A stretch of 64,000 nucleotides of DNA, from the NCBI GenBank assembly GCA_965202585.1, contig OZ241828.1, positions 49,848,001 to 49,912,000 on the forward strand, read 5' to 3'. Position 1 is the stretch's first letter. Each line of letters opens with the position of its first letter. The position numbers were made by a program, and so were the translations under genes. Shown here one piece after another: positions 51,462-64,000 of the stretch. Below the pieces are notes generated by a model. It worked only from the letters and a program-made list of their open reading frames with translations, did not search any database and was not told the origin of the DNA. This stretch comes from Thalia democratica. Taxonomy: Eukaryota.

Positions 51462-52046
51462 TATTAAGTTTTACTTTTACCAAACATTTACATCATCTTA
51501 ATAACAGTTTTTGTAAAAAAATACCACGGGAAGATCTCTTATTTATATATTAAAACAAAAACTGAATACAAACTTACAACGGCTTTAATTACATTTAATC
51601 ATATAAACCAAAATCTCTATTGAAGCTTAAAATAGTGTTTAAACTAAATTCTAATTAATACGGGTTTGGATTCTATTTTAATTAAACTAGTTGTAAAAAA
51701 CTAATTAAATAGTAACCAAAAAAAATAATAGTATATTGATGATATAGTTATGTAGAAATGTAAAAAAAAAAATCTATAAGAAGTGCTATTCTGTGCAACA
51801 AGTTTTATTTAATAAAAAGATATCAACTTATTCAAAAACTGCCAGTTAAAATATTGAAAAATTACTCTTATTTTTAAACTACTGCAAGCACAGCTAGTTA
51901 CAACTAAATCACTCAAATACTATTTTGCAAAAAAATGGCCAAAAATCTACTATAAATAATTTTGCGAGATTTAACATAAGCGCTCAATAAATGCACGAAG
52001 CTCAAACAAAATATGAAAACTATATGAAGGGGCAGCTTGGGTAAAA

Positions 52047-55000
52047 TTATTTTCTGTTCCTCAGCCTCCTGCTCCTGGTCGAGGTGACGGGCGTGGGCAG
52101 GGTGAAGTCATCGTCCGAATGCTTTAGGGGAGTCCCCGGCAGCTCGTCCAAAACCGGGTTTGTTTCATCCACTAGACGGCGCTGTTTTTATCAATGGAAT
52201 ATTGTTTTAAAAATATTTACAATTATATTCATTCGTACTTCAAGTATTTTTAAGTATATTTCAAGGTCACTACTTTTTACCGATTAAAAACTGATTTTAG
52301 TCGACTCTGATTGTATTATAAATAAGAGTTTTTTTCCAACTATATATTGACCATACTTAAAGCAATATTAAAAGTGTATTTTAAGGTCGCTATTTTTTTT
52401 CAGGTTAAAAACTAACCGTTTTTCTCTTATTCTTTCTTGCTTTGGCACTTTCTGATGTTCCACCAACTGCGTTCTTCAGCGCTGCAAATGTTTGATGATA
52501 TAAAGACCAGCAGTGAATTATTATAAACATTATTTTAAAATTTAAATATTTTTTTTAGTTGAAAATTCAAAGGTTTGTTAAAAAAAAATATAAAAACTAA
52601 AACGTAAAGATTTTAGTATTTAATTAAAAATCATTGCAATTAAAATGAAAAACACACTTTAAACAAACTTAAAATTGTACAACATTAAACTTTTACACAT
52701 TATATTTGTACCTTGAACAACGGGAGAACTTCTCAGTTGGTCGAACAAACCTCCTTTCTTCTTTGTACTTGTGGATGCTTCATCCTCAGCTTGGTTCTAA
52801 TATTTTTTTATTTTTATAACTTAAAAAGAATCTTTTTTGAAATAAAAAGATTGTAATCTTTGACAATTATAGAAAAACTATCAAATTTGCAGGTTTTGTT
52901 TATATATTTATAAAACATCACACAAAAATAACCTTAGCTGCTTTTGCTTTCCTTCCTCTTTTCTTTTTAGTAGAAGCCACAGCAACTTCAATCGATGGTT
53001 TCTTGTATTTAACATCTTTCACTTCATCTAAGCAATAAAAAACAATTAATTAACCGCGGCTATTAACAGAAATCATTAATTATATATGCAACTTTTTAAC
53101 AAAAAACATCGGCGAAAGTCTGCAAAGCAGAAGCCTGGACTTTCGTTTGCCGTGAGACAAGCTAAGTTTAACAAAAGGGTTGATCATGACAATTCGATCA
53201 TAAGACCACAAGTTTCGGTAGACTGAGACCGGTTTCGTAACTTTTTAGGTTACTTTCATTTCAAATTGACAAAATCAAAGTTTAGGGTATGAATTTTTAA
53301 TTTAACTAACTATATTATTTACTCAAGTTGTTGCTTTAAATAATACCTAAAAGAAAGAATTGTTACTTGGTTTTAAAAAAAAACAAACAAACGGTATAAA
53401 CTATAACTGACCAACGGCAGAAGTTGCTTCCTCTTCATTAGCAGTAGACTCTTCTGATATCTAAAAAAAAATTACTATTTTGATATCTAATCATATAATC
53501 TAAATAAACAGTTTATACTTTAATTAGATGAATACAGTTACATTGAATCTATAAAATAACAAAGAAAATTCATTGTAAAAAAATCCTCAAAAATAATATC
53601 AAAAATACCTTATGAATTCTTGTCTTTTTCTTCGGAGCAGCTACTTCTGTGAAAATATTATTTCACAATTAGTAATTATTCATGATTTATTTAAACTTAT
53701 TAATACTTTAAAGCTTTTTTAAGATATTAAGCTCAGATATATATATTTTTAAACAACTTAGACTTTTGAAACTAAAATAGTATGAAGCAAAACAAATTTA
53801 CTAAACAACCGAGAAATAATAACAATAAACACTCAAAAGTATTACTTTTAGGCTTTGTGGTTCTAGCTTTTTTTGTCGACTTCTGTTTGTATTCTTCAGC
53901 TGAAAAATTATCGACAAAGTTTAGTTGTAGTGTAAAACAAAGACTAAAAAATTATGCTTACATCAAAAAATTTAACATTATAACATTAGAAAAAATATCG
54001 TTTTAATTATAAAACAACTATTTTTTTTTTAATAACACATAAATATTAATACAAAGGGTTGTACAAAAACTAACGGTTGAAATCAGAATCGTCGCTCTCA
54101 GTCATTTCTTTCAAATCGAACTCGCTGTCCGACATCTGTTCTTCTTCCTGCTTCAATTTGGAAAGCTCGGCCGATTCGGCCAAGGTGGACATGTCCATCA
54201 TTTGGACTTCCTCGTACTCGCTCGAACCTGCATAGTACAAAAATGTTTGATCAATAACCACAGGGTGGTTAGTATTGTTTTTAGAAGTTTATTCTAGGCT
54301 CTTTGATTTTCTCTAAGGTTTTTATACTAGAAGTGTTTTGTCGTTTTTTAGAATGAAATCAAACTTTAGGTAGACAATATTAAAAAAAAAAACTAATAGG
54401 TTTTGCACATTAAATTTGTCTAATTAAAATAAAGTTATGAATATTATATAAACTTTATATTGTATTCTATAGCTGTTAGTTATATAATCAATTTTTTTCT
54501 ACTTTACAAAAAAAATTGTTCTAAATTTTATCATTTTTTGGTCTAATCAAATTTAAGTTTTTTGGCCTAAATTTAAATTTTCCACTGGTAAAATTGCTAC
54601 CGTGAGTTATCAAGTTGATTAATGAAACGTACAAGTTTCATTGGCAGTCTTGTTGGATTCCAACACTTCATTTGATGACTCGTAGTCGAGAGTGTCGTCT
54701 AACTTCCTGTTTACTTTTGTTGTCTGTAAAAATAAAATGAAACTTTAAATGTAACTCACATTACAATAATAACATTTAAAGTATTTAATAAGTACTAAAA
54801 ATAAATACTTACTGTATTAAAAACTTTAAATTGGTTAATGGTTATATCTTTTTTGTTTGATTCTTAGAATTTATTATTTCTATACGAGAATAAATTTATG
54901 TAAGTTTAATATAAAAACAAAGAAGTCTTACAAATAGTAATTAAACATACTTGGTATGAAATCTTTTTATGCTATAACTTTACAAAAGTTTATTCATTTA

Positions 55001-58000
55001 AAAAATCTGAACAAAAATTTTCAATTAGTTTATTAAAATGACAATAGTAATATACTTAAAGGTGCAAATAAACTGAAAACTAAGTCTAGAGTACAGAAAA
55101 AAGTATTAGGTTTATCTATAATTTACTTGTGACGGCTGAAATTCAACTTTTTGTTGGTTAGATTTTTGCATTTGCAACTGATTATTTTCTGATTTCAGTT
55201 TGATCACTTCACCTATCCTTTCGTTTAGTTCAGTCTATAGATGAATAAAAATAATATAATTTTAATTCCTGGTACCATCAAAGTATTTAAACAAAGTTGA
55301 TAATTTGAATAGAATTTCAAAGAAGTAGAAAAAAACACTTACTATTTTTAAGTTAAACTAATGATTATTTATCACAATCCGAATAAAATTTAAAATTTTT
55401 AAAAACTACATTTTATAAAAATCAAATAAAATATATTTACTTATGTTTTTTATTTTATTAATAGAGTACATTTATTTTTAACTAAATATGCTTTTAAATC
55501 AGTAAAAAGTAAGTGTTGTAACCTTGACATTGTCAAATCTTTGTTTCAACTGTTTATTTTCACTTTGTAGCGACTTGACCAAATCAAATTGCTTCTTGAA
55601 ATCTTCCTGACTTTCCTTGTCAATCTTTTCTATTTCGGATGCATGTGAAAACTGCATTTCGCTTATCTACAATAATTTTTAGTATTTCTATTGTCAGAAG
55701 GAGTTTTGTTGTATTTAAGTACCACTTGAACCTTAAGATAATTTTAATTATGTTATGCCTTTAGCAACTTTTTAAGAAACCGTATCTAATAATGAAAATA
55801 CAATTTAAAAAAAAAAAAAATTTGCATTAAATTTATGTTTTTAAGTTAACAACTTACTTTACGCTTAAGATCTGTAGTTTCTTTTTTATTTTCAGAAAAT
55901 TTATCTTTCCATTCCTCTTCGTTCGTTTCTAAGGCATCAACCTATAGTATTTAAACGTTATTAAAATATTAAAAAGTACAAATATACTAAGTATCTTTTA
56001 TATATACAATTATACTAACTTTTGAAATTAATACTTTAAGTTTATTGTCTTTATCTTCAATCTTACTTTCCAAACTAATGATCTGTAAAAAAATGTAAAT
56101 GTATTTGTGATGAATAAATTGATTTAACAAAAGTTTAATAACGCTTGTATAACATTAATGAAATATAATTTTCAAGTTTTAATCTAAATAAATTGTTTTT
56201 TATTAATAAAACTAACATTGCGTTTCAGTGCATCTGATTCGCTTTCTTTTTCTTTTATTTTCAATTCATTCTCACTTTTGAACTCCGACACCTGAGAGTC
56301 GAAATTAGAAATGATCGTTCACTAAATTAATAAAATTTCTGGTGTTCCAGAGTTTTAAAAACGTATACCTATATACATTGCAATGATATAAACTTATTGT
56401 TTTAAAACATACATATTAGTTATAAGCTGCTTTAAATGTAAAACATCAAAAAAATTAAATAATACAATGTTGTTTTGAATAAATTGTTTAAATACTTGTC
56501 GTTATAAATAAAGTTGTCTACATACTTTTGTTTGTGATTGTAGAAGCTCATTTTTAAGCTCAGATTTTTCTTTTTCGGTTGAAGAAAGCTAAAATTTGAA
56601 AACATGGTTAGGAACAAATTGAGAACAAAACGTTTAAGTGTATAAAAAAAAACGATATTACAAATAAAACATTCATAATAGTTTTCACAGCTAGCAAACA
56701 GACTCTTAAACGTTAAAGAAATAACTTGTTTAAACTTACTTGCAAATTCAGTTTTTCTAGCTCATTGTCTTTTACTTGAAGTTTTTCTACAAACTCTTTG
56801 ACCTGTAAGAAACAGACAATTGTATTCATATAAAAATTTGTTTAAGGAACTACTTAAGTTTTTTATAAATAAAATACCTTTAAAAATTTTCATTAAAATA
56901 GTTTTTCAAAACTACACTAACAATATCTTTTAGTGAATCAGTTTCTTGTATATCCTTTAAATCCTTAGATTCTAGTTCTGTCTGAAGATTTAATATCTGA
57001 AAAACATTTGTGTAACACAGACATTATTTTCGCTAGACAACAAAAACTATATGATAAATAAAATACTATAAAATTAATGTAATTAATTAATACTGGATTA
57101 AATAGAAGTAATTTATGAAATCAATTAAATTCAAATTAAGCAAGTATAAATAAATGTTCAATATTTAGAAATAAGTTTAATTTAAATTACTTAAAACACA
57201 TATACGTAGTTTCAAAATTTAAAATCTGATCAACAAAATAAAATCAACGAAAGTAACATTAGTTGTTTCAAACTTTTTTTTCTAAAATTTATAACATTAT
57301 TTGTTTTCCATGAACAATATTAAAAACAGATAAATTTCACAAATCTTATAAATTTACTTGTTCTTTTGTTCTGAAAAGTTGTTTTTCTAGTTCCTCATTT
57401 TCTTTTTCTTTCATGGTAAGCTGAAAAAATTTAATTATAAAAGTCTACAAATAGATTTTACCGATTTTAAAACTATGTAACCTACTGTAAACTTGTAGTC
57501 TAAACTTAGTACTAAAATCGTAAAAAAATACATTAGAATTTAATAATTGGGAGCTTACGCATTCTTTTGATTCAGAAACTTCTTTTTCTAGTTTTTCATT
57601 TTCGTTTTCTTTCGTTTTAAGCTGTAAAATAACAAGTTGTATTTAAGTTGAGTTATAAATCCACATAACAAGTTTAAACTACCTCCTCCTGAACAGTTGT
57701 TATTTTCTTATTACCTTCTTCTATTTTGTCATGAAGTTCTAAAATTCTTGTTTCCAGCTGAAATATAATGAAACGATTTTATTAGCTATTTAGAAAATGT
57801 TTTACTGGATTTTCTTATCATAAAGAAAAAATATATATGTTTTTGACTTTTATGTATAATTTTGTTGAAATTGAAATAATAACAACAAGCTAGGTTGTAT
57901 TTAAATCATTTTGTTCATTAATAGTGGTAAACAAGAAACAAAACAATAGTAATTTTTATATAAGACAAACTATATGCTTTTGTTTACGTATTGCATACAA

Positions 58001-61000
58001 AAATCTTTCCTGACAACAAAATAAATTTTTGCTACACTTTAGTATTTTATATATATACTTAAGCATGCATACTTAACTAAATAACTTATAATAAGTTTAG
58101 ATTTAAATAACAGCACTTTTATTTGCTTTTAAGAACTTTTAAACTAACTTTAAGTTGATTATTGTTATTTTCAGAACTTTTTCTGCTTAGTTGATTCTTC
58201 TCTTCCAAGTAAACATTTTCACGTTCTTCTGCCTAGTAAAAATATTAGAAACTAAAATAAAAATTAATATTAATCCAATGGTTTTCAAATTATAAACATG
58301 CAATTATGAACCTAGAACTTTAAAAGAGGCCAGCAGCCTTTTATAAGTAGCAGGGCTGATTTAATGGATTAAGTCTATAATAAATTTGTCAACTTAAAAA
58401 AAAAAAATTAACATTTCAATCTTTTAACTACCACACTTAATGACTAATTATAAAAAATCGCATACTTGTTTAATTAAAAAGATTAGATTGTTTACAGATA
58501 CTTTTGAAGTAAACATATATGTATAGAAATTAAGTGTATTTTAAAATTATAAACAAATACAAAAATACTACTTCAGAGATGACAGTAGCAATTTGTTCGT
58601 CCTTAGTTGCAAGATCTTTATTGAGTTCACTTATTAATTTTTCAAAATCATTTTTAGTATTTTTCAACTCATTCTCCATCTGCAAATTTTAAAATTAAAA
58701 AAGTTTTTTTTAATCATAACCAAGTTATAACAAACTGCTAGTCTCTAGCTAACTTCACTACGCATAATCAACAGTACAGTTAAGCTAAAAATAATATTTT
58801 AATTGTCGAAAATTAGCTCAGTTTGCTTAGTTATAAACTACTGCAAAATTTAATTACTTAATCCTAATACAGCTTATTTTTACTTGTGAGCGGAGAGAAG
58901 AAACTTCTTCAGATTTTTCTTCAATCAGCTTGTTTTTAGAAGCAATTTCGTTTTTGAGCTCAACAACTTTTTGATTGTGCTCTTCATTCATTTTTTCTAA
59001 GTTATCGCTCGCCTATTATTTAATGGTTTTAAAAGCTACTAGAAACTTAATATTGTTGAATTGAAAACTTAATTCATATATTAAGATTTTAAAAGAAATT
59101 TCTTTTAATAATATTTAAACAAAATATATTCAAAATAAATTATAAGATATTAAAAACAAATAAAATTTACCGCAGCTAAAACATCTTCCTTTTCAGTATT
59201 AAACAACTTCATTTGTAAATCACAACTTTGTTTGATCTTTAAAAAATGTTAACAAGCTTAGTTTTATAATTTAAACTAATTAAAACTATTAATATAACTA
59301 TATGTCATCGATCTTTAATAAAGTTATAAAGATAATATCATATAATACAATTTTATACACAACAACTTTGTTCCATAATTTTTTATAAATCATAACATCA
59401 GTTTTATTCAAGTATATATAAAAAGATAGGTGCTTTTCACACAAAATTTGAGTTTAATCTTTAGCAGGTTCATTAAAGCAAAAAATAATGAAAATCATAC
59501 AATAAAAAGTCTTTAAATATCTAAGTAATTAAATACAAACAAAAACTTTCAGATATGTAAACATAATTATTAAATTTAAGTAGTACCAACTTAAAAAAGA
59601 GTTGAGAACTCTACAATCATTAAAACATAGTATCAATTTAATCTAAACAATTCAAAACATGAACTAACCATATCATTAAAGTTAACTTTTATTTTAATTG
59701 TTTGAGTGAAAAATAATTAAATATTACCTCTTCCACTTCATTATTTTTTTCTTTTAATTCATTTCGTAAACCATCATTTTCCGTTTTGCAGGAAATTATT
59801 TCTTTAGAGGCCTTAAAATACAAACAACTAATTTTAAAAACAAAATAAGTGTATAGTATAAATAATAATAAGCTATTCACATACTAATAAAAATAAAATA
59901 ATTTTTGTTTTCCTATACTTAACAACTTAAATAATCTGAGACTTTTAATACAGGTTAAATTTTCAAAAGGCGAATAATAAGAAGGTACTTTAAAACTTAA
60001 ATTCAAAGACTAAACCTGATTTACTCAAAAACTAATCATTAATCGTAACATTACCTCAGCTATTTCTTCATTTAAATTTTCGTTCAACTGTTGTAACTTT
60101 TCACAATCATTTGAATATTTGACAGATTCTGATCGAATCTAGAAAACAAGCATTATAATATTAAAATAGTAAAGGTAAGAGAGAAATTACAAAATATACT
60201 TATATATAAATAAAGTTTTTGGAATGAAAGATTAGTTTTGAAGAAAGTCGAAAGAGATGTGAGATAAAGATGAGTGAGGTAATCTTTGTTCAAGTAAAGC
60301 AAGTGTTTGTTTTAGATTTTTACAGTATTTTTTGATTCAAATATCTAATAATAAAAACTACAAAAAATAATTTAAATTTAAGCTTATTCTTAATGTATAC
60401 ATTCAACTTTAATGCCGTTTTAAAAAACATTAATATGAATGAATTTTTTTTATAGATATGTTTGTATATTTTTAATAGAAGTTTCCTGTCAAATGCTAAA
60501 ATGGTAAACCAATATTAATTGTAAAGAAAAAATAATAACAAACTGTGGCAATTTCTTTGTACTTCAGATCACACTGATTTTCCAGTCTGGATACTTCCTC
60601 TTTCAGCTTAATTTAATTATAAAGTTTAATAATCCAAAGGTAAAACAAAAAAATTAAATGAATGTAGTTTAAGGAAAAGTTATATAATTTAATTATACTA
60701 AGCACAACGACCAAAAACTGCGAAGCAAACCTTTGTAAACCTTTCAAGTTAAATTTATCTTCTATAATTTATTAACTTTTTAGTTTGACACAAGGAGAAA
60801 AAGTTGTCAACTTTATTTACTGCTATAAGTATAATATTATTATAAATTTTATTAATTCACTTTTAATAGGTTTACAAGAATATTGTTTCAATATAAACAG
60901 AGGCTATCATATTTTTATTAGGTCTTTAGTAAATCTTCTTAACTCACTCAAACATGTTTTATTAGTTACATTTTAAATTTCAGCAGAGTTTTATCAAAAT

Positions 61001-63994
61001 TAGGCTTTAAATAAAACTTTATAACTGCTGTATAAACTATATAAGTTTTTTTATATAGATATACATATTTAAAAGTTTTTTTTGGATAGGTTTAGCCTAA
61101 ATTTGTAATTTCTATCTTAAAGAACCAAAAAATAATTTCCAATACTATATTTATATTATTTATGATAAAAACTCAAAGACTTACTGAAACACTATTAAAA
61201 TAATTAAAAATTACAATTATATTTTAAACTATTTTAAAACCTGTGATTCTACTAATTCAGCCTCACAACACCTTTTGTTGAATTTAGTTGTTAATTCCTC
61301 TAACTTTGCATTTACTTCTACATGGTTTAGTTGTACCTTTTAATAAAGATTATATTTAGTCTCGTTTCAACCATTTTAATTTAGAAATAACTTAGATATA
61401 ATGAGTATTAATTAAATTGCAAATAACTTTTTTTTAAACAACGTTCTTTAGTAATAACTATTTTATAATAAAAATTAAAGCAACCAAATAGTTTTTACGG
61501 ACAGTCAGCTTTCAAGTACTTATCAGTAAATTTCAAAACTAATGTGCTATGAAAAGCAGGTTTTTACTATTTAAAATATGACAACTACCAAATTAACATT
61601 TACATTTATAACAAACGAATTTAAGTATATAAACTGAAAAACAAACTTCTTCTTTTTTGTTTCTTAAATCACTGATGGACTTTTGGTATTCAAGATTTTC
61701 AGATTCCAAATTTGATAGTTTTGTTTCCATCTAGTAAGTTTATTATAAAGCTTATTTACTAAATATTAAACGTAATAAAGTATAATAAGATGATAGCCAA
61801 TCACATTTACAAAATACCAAAAGGTTAAAATCTAATTATTTTTTTTATTCTTCACATCTCATGAAAAAACTATAACTGAAACTATTTGACTATTTATTTC
61901 AAATAAAAAAATATAGAAAAACAATGTAGTTAGCTGTTCTATTAAAATTACTCTTGGAGTAAAAGACATAATTCTTCTTTAACTAGACATGTTATAATAA
62001 TTTATATTGTTAATAAACTTTAATATAAGTCTAAATTTAGGCAGCGCTTTTATTGTATTCAGTAAATACATAAATTATGATGTGTCTAATTAGTTCGTTA
62101 ATAGTGGCTAATGCTGTTAAAATCAGTTACTAAGCGCGTTTGCATTATTTAACTACATTATTTCAAAAAAAACACAGACCGTGGTCTACTGTTCTTTAAA
62201 AGACATCTAAGACTTTAGCTAGGGCTTTAAATAGTCTATGCTGAGTTTTTTCAGTAGTTTACAGTACACAGTAAATAAAATTTATAACTTGTATATAAAT
62301 AAGTAATAATTAATATTACTGGACTGGGTGATGGTTTAAGAAACCCCTTACAGCTATACACCATTAGAGTAAAAACAACACAAATAAAAAACTAATAATA
62401 AGAAATAGGGTCTGTAGAAATAGTAAAAAAACTTTTAATTATTATACATACTGTTTTAATATAGTGAAAGGTACTATTATATTTTTTTGATTTTTAGAAA
62501 ACAAATAAGGAGATCTCAACTACTAGAGGAGAAATAAAGAATTTATTCTTTCAAGACTTTATTTTACAAACTAAGTTTCGGTCAAAGACCTCGTCAGTGC
62601 TTAAATAAATCTTATTCAATAGATTTAATTCATAGTAAAATTCATAGCAATTCATAGTAAAAGATACATTAAAAAAAAATTAAAACTGACTTATACTGTA
62701 AAAATGTTCACTTTTAAGCACAATATCTAGTTTCTTCAAAATTTATAAGAAAAAGTGACTGAAAAATAAATATTTGTAAATTTATTCTGTATAGTCATTT
62801 TGAATAAAAAAGTTTTTTTTATTTAACAAAAAAATCTACAAATATATTAGTATTCGTTATATTGCCTAAAGTACTTTCAAAATGTTCTTCAGTAGGCAAT
62901 TAGAACTGATTAATTCAAAATTTTCTTGCATATAAAAGTTTAAAAAAGTTTGATCGATAAAGACAAAAAAATCACGAAAAACATCACACAACCAAGGGAA
63001 GATTTGAGACACTTAAAACTAAAATATTCTTACTGTTCTGTATATTCAGTAATAAAAAAATATATAAAAAGCATTTTACTAACGTTTAAAACCTAATACT
63101 TTAAATACTATATACTTTACAAAAAAAAAGTTTTTTTTTATACAACAACTAATGCTTTTCTTTAATGATGTAAAACCGATCACATTAAAAACTTGTTATG
63201 TACCTGTGACTTAAACGATTCAGCCTCACTGCATTTTTCATTAAATCTTGATTTCAAATTTTCAAACTCTGCATTTATTTCTACATCTTCCAGTTGCACC
63301 TTTTAGTTGCATTATTATTAAATAGTTTTTAATTTTAACGTAGGGATAAATTTTCAAAACATATCTAGTTTAAAAGTTTTTAGTGGCATTTAATTTAAGG
63401 AAAAACTAAAAAACATAAAAATTCTTAACTAAAAAGCATTTGATAAGTTTTTAATTACATTTCACAGTATATATCTTTTTAATTAAAAATTGATTTGATG
63501 CAATATAAACTTTATTTGTAGAGAAGTTTTTAATTATTAATTTTTTCATTAGTTTTATTTTTTAATAAATGAAATGTGTTTTTACTATGTTAGTACAACT
63601 TCTTTAGAAATTTTAGGTCACGATGTCAAAATGTTAAAACATAGATGTTGTAGTTTTCTGTTTTTTTTTAATTATTAGTTAGTAAAATGGCTACCAATTT
63701 GTACAAGTATTGTACAAAACTTTATATAACTAATATGTTAATCTGATCATATAGTTTCTATTAAAAGTAGCTCTTAGTTTATGCCTTAATAAAAACAAAA
63801 ACTAGCTCTTAATTGTTTCACCGATAATGTTATCTAAACTACATATTTTAAACTTATACTTTTAATATTTTTTATATGAACTAGAAGTATATAAAATTAA
63901 GGTAACAAACTTTTTCCTTTTCGTTTCTTAAACTGCTGATTACTCGTTGAAATTCAAGATTTTCTGTCTCTAAACCTGATAGCTTTGTCTCCAT
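52047..63994 (-). CDS. 5'-partial long coiled-coil protein (>=872 aa in window) with an acidic linker and a basic, S/TP-containing C-terminal tail; probably nuclear/structural
   Basis: Phase-consistent exons (minus): 63994-63911, 63299-63204, 61730-61647, 61336-61241, 60606-60544, 60138-60055, 59811-59728, 59236-59171, 59012-58884, 58679-58572, 58232-58149, 57757-57683, 57621-57559, 57420-57358, 56996-56922, 56802-56740, 56588-56526, 56291-56217, 56082-56020, 55941-55858, 55666-55523, 55234-55127, 54723-54633, 54227-54075, 53899-53846, 53646-53609, 53460-53412, 53027-52933, 52796-52712, 52481-52417, 52181-52047 (TAA). The rod is E/K/L-rich with heptad character; the tail includes STKKKRGRKAK, LRSSP, PGTPLK and ends RSRRLRNRK*. 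I recognise no family. Confidence 0.8.
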
Positions 63995-64000
63995 CTATCC

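Noticed and set aside
60230-60285. Plus-strand peptide FEESRKRCEIKMSE followed by GTAATC, loosely recalling an SYCP1 segment
   Set aside because: Antisense to gene 3, preceded by an in-frame stop, and with no partner exons; it is just a pyrimidine-rich stretch on the minus strand.
52047-63994. Naming gene 3 SYCP1, NuMA or CENP-F
   Set aside because: Only the general architecture fits; no diagnostic motif is visible and the N-terminus is outside the window.

Overview
Very AT-rich, intron-rich eukaryotic (animal) genomic DNA; a Hydra-like hydrozoan is plausible from composition and TE content but is only an inference. By walking GT-AG junctions and checking phase by hand I reconstructed three spliced genes. 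(1) A + strand ~25-exon gene (6962-22671) for an uncharacterised ~1360-aa coiled-coil/Lys-rich protein, with a duplicated alternative C-terminal segment. (2) A - strand 25-exon FYCO1 orthologue (45028-25935; RUN, coiled coil, GOLD) that appears to lack the FYVE domain. (3) The 3' 31 exons of a - strand long coiled-coil protein (63994-52047; 5' end outside the window) built from phase-0 exons sized in heptad/hendecad units and ending in a basic tail with CDK-type sites. Non-coding DNA holds a truncated CR1/L2-type LINE, a Penelope-like GIY-YIG remnant with a hammerhead-like motif, a 3.46-kb Foldback/MULE-like element just upstream of gene 1, three members of a CAGGGTTGCCAC-TIR family with 6-bp TSDs, a TA-TSD Tc1/pogo MITE, hAT-type MITE fragments and several palindromes. 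I found no rRNA, tRNA or CRISPR. All exon models and counts are manual and need RNA-seq confirmation.
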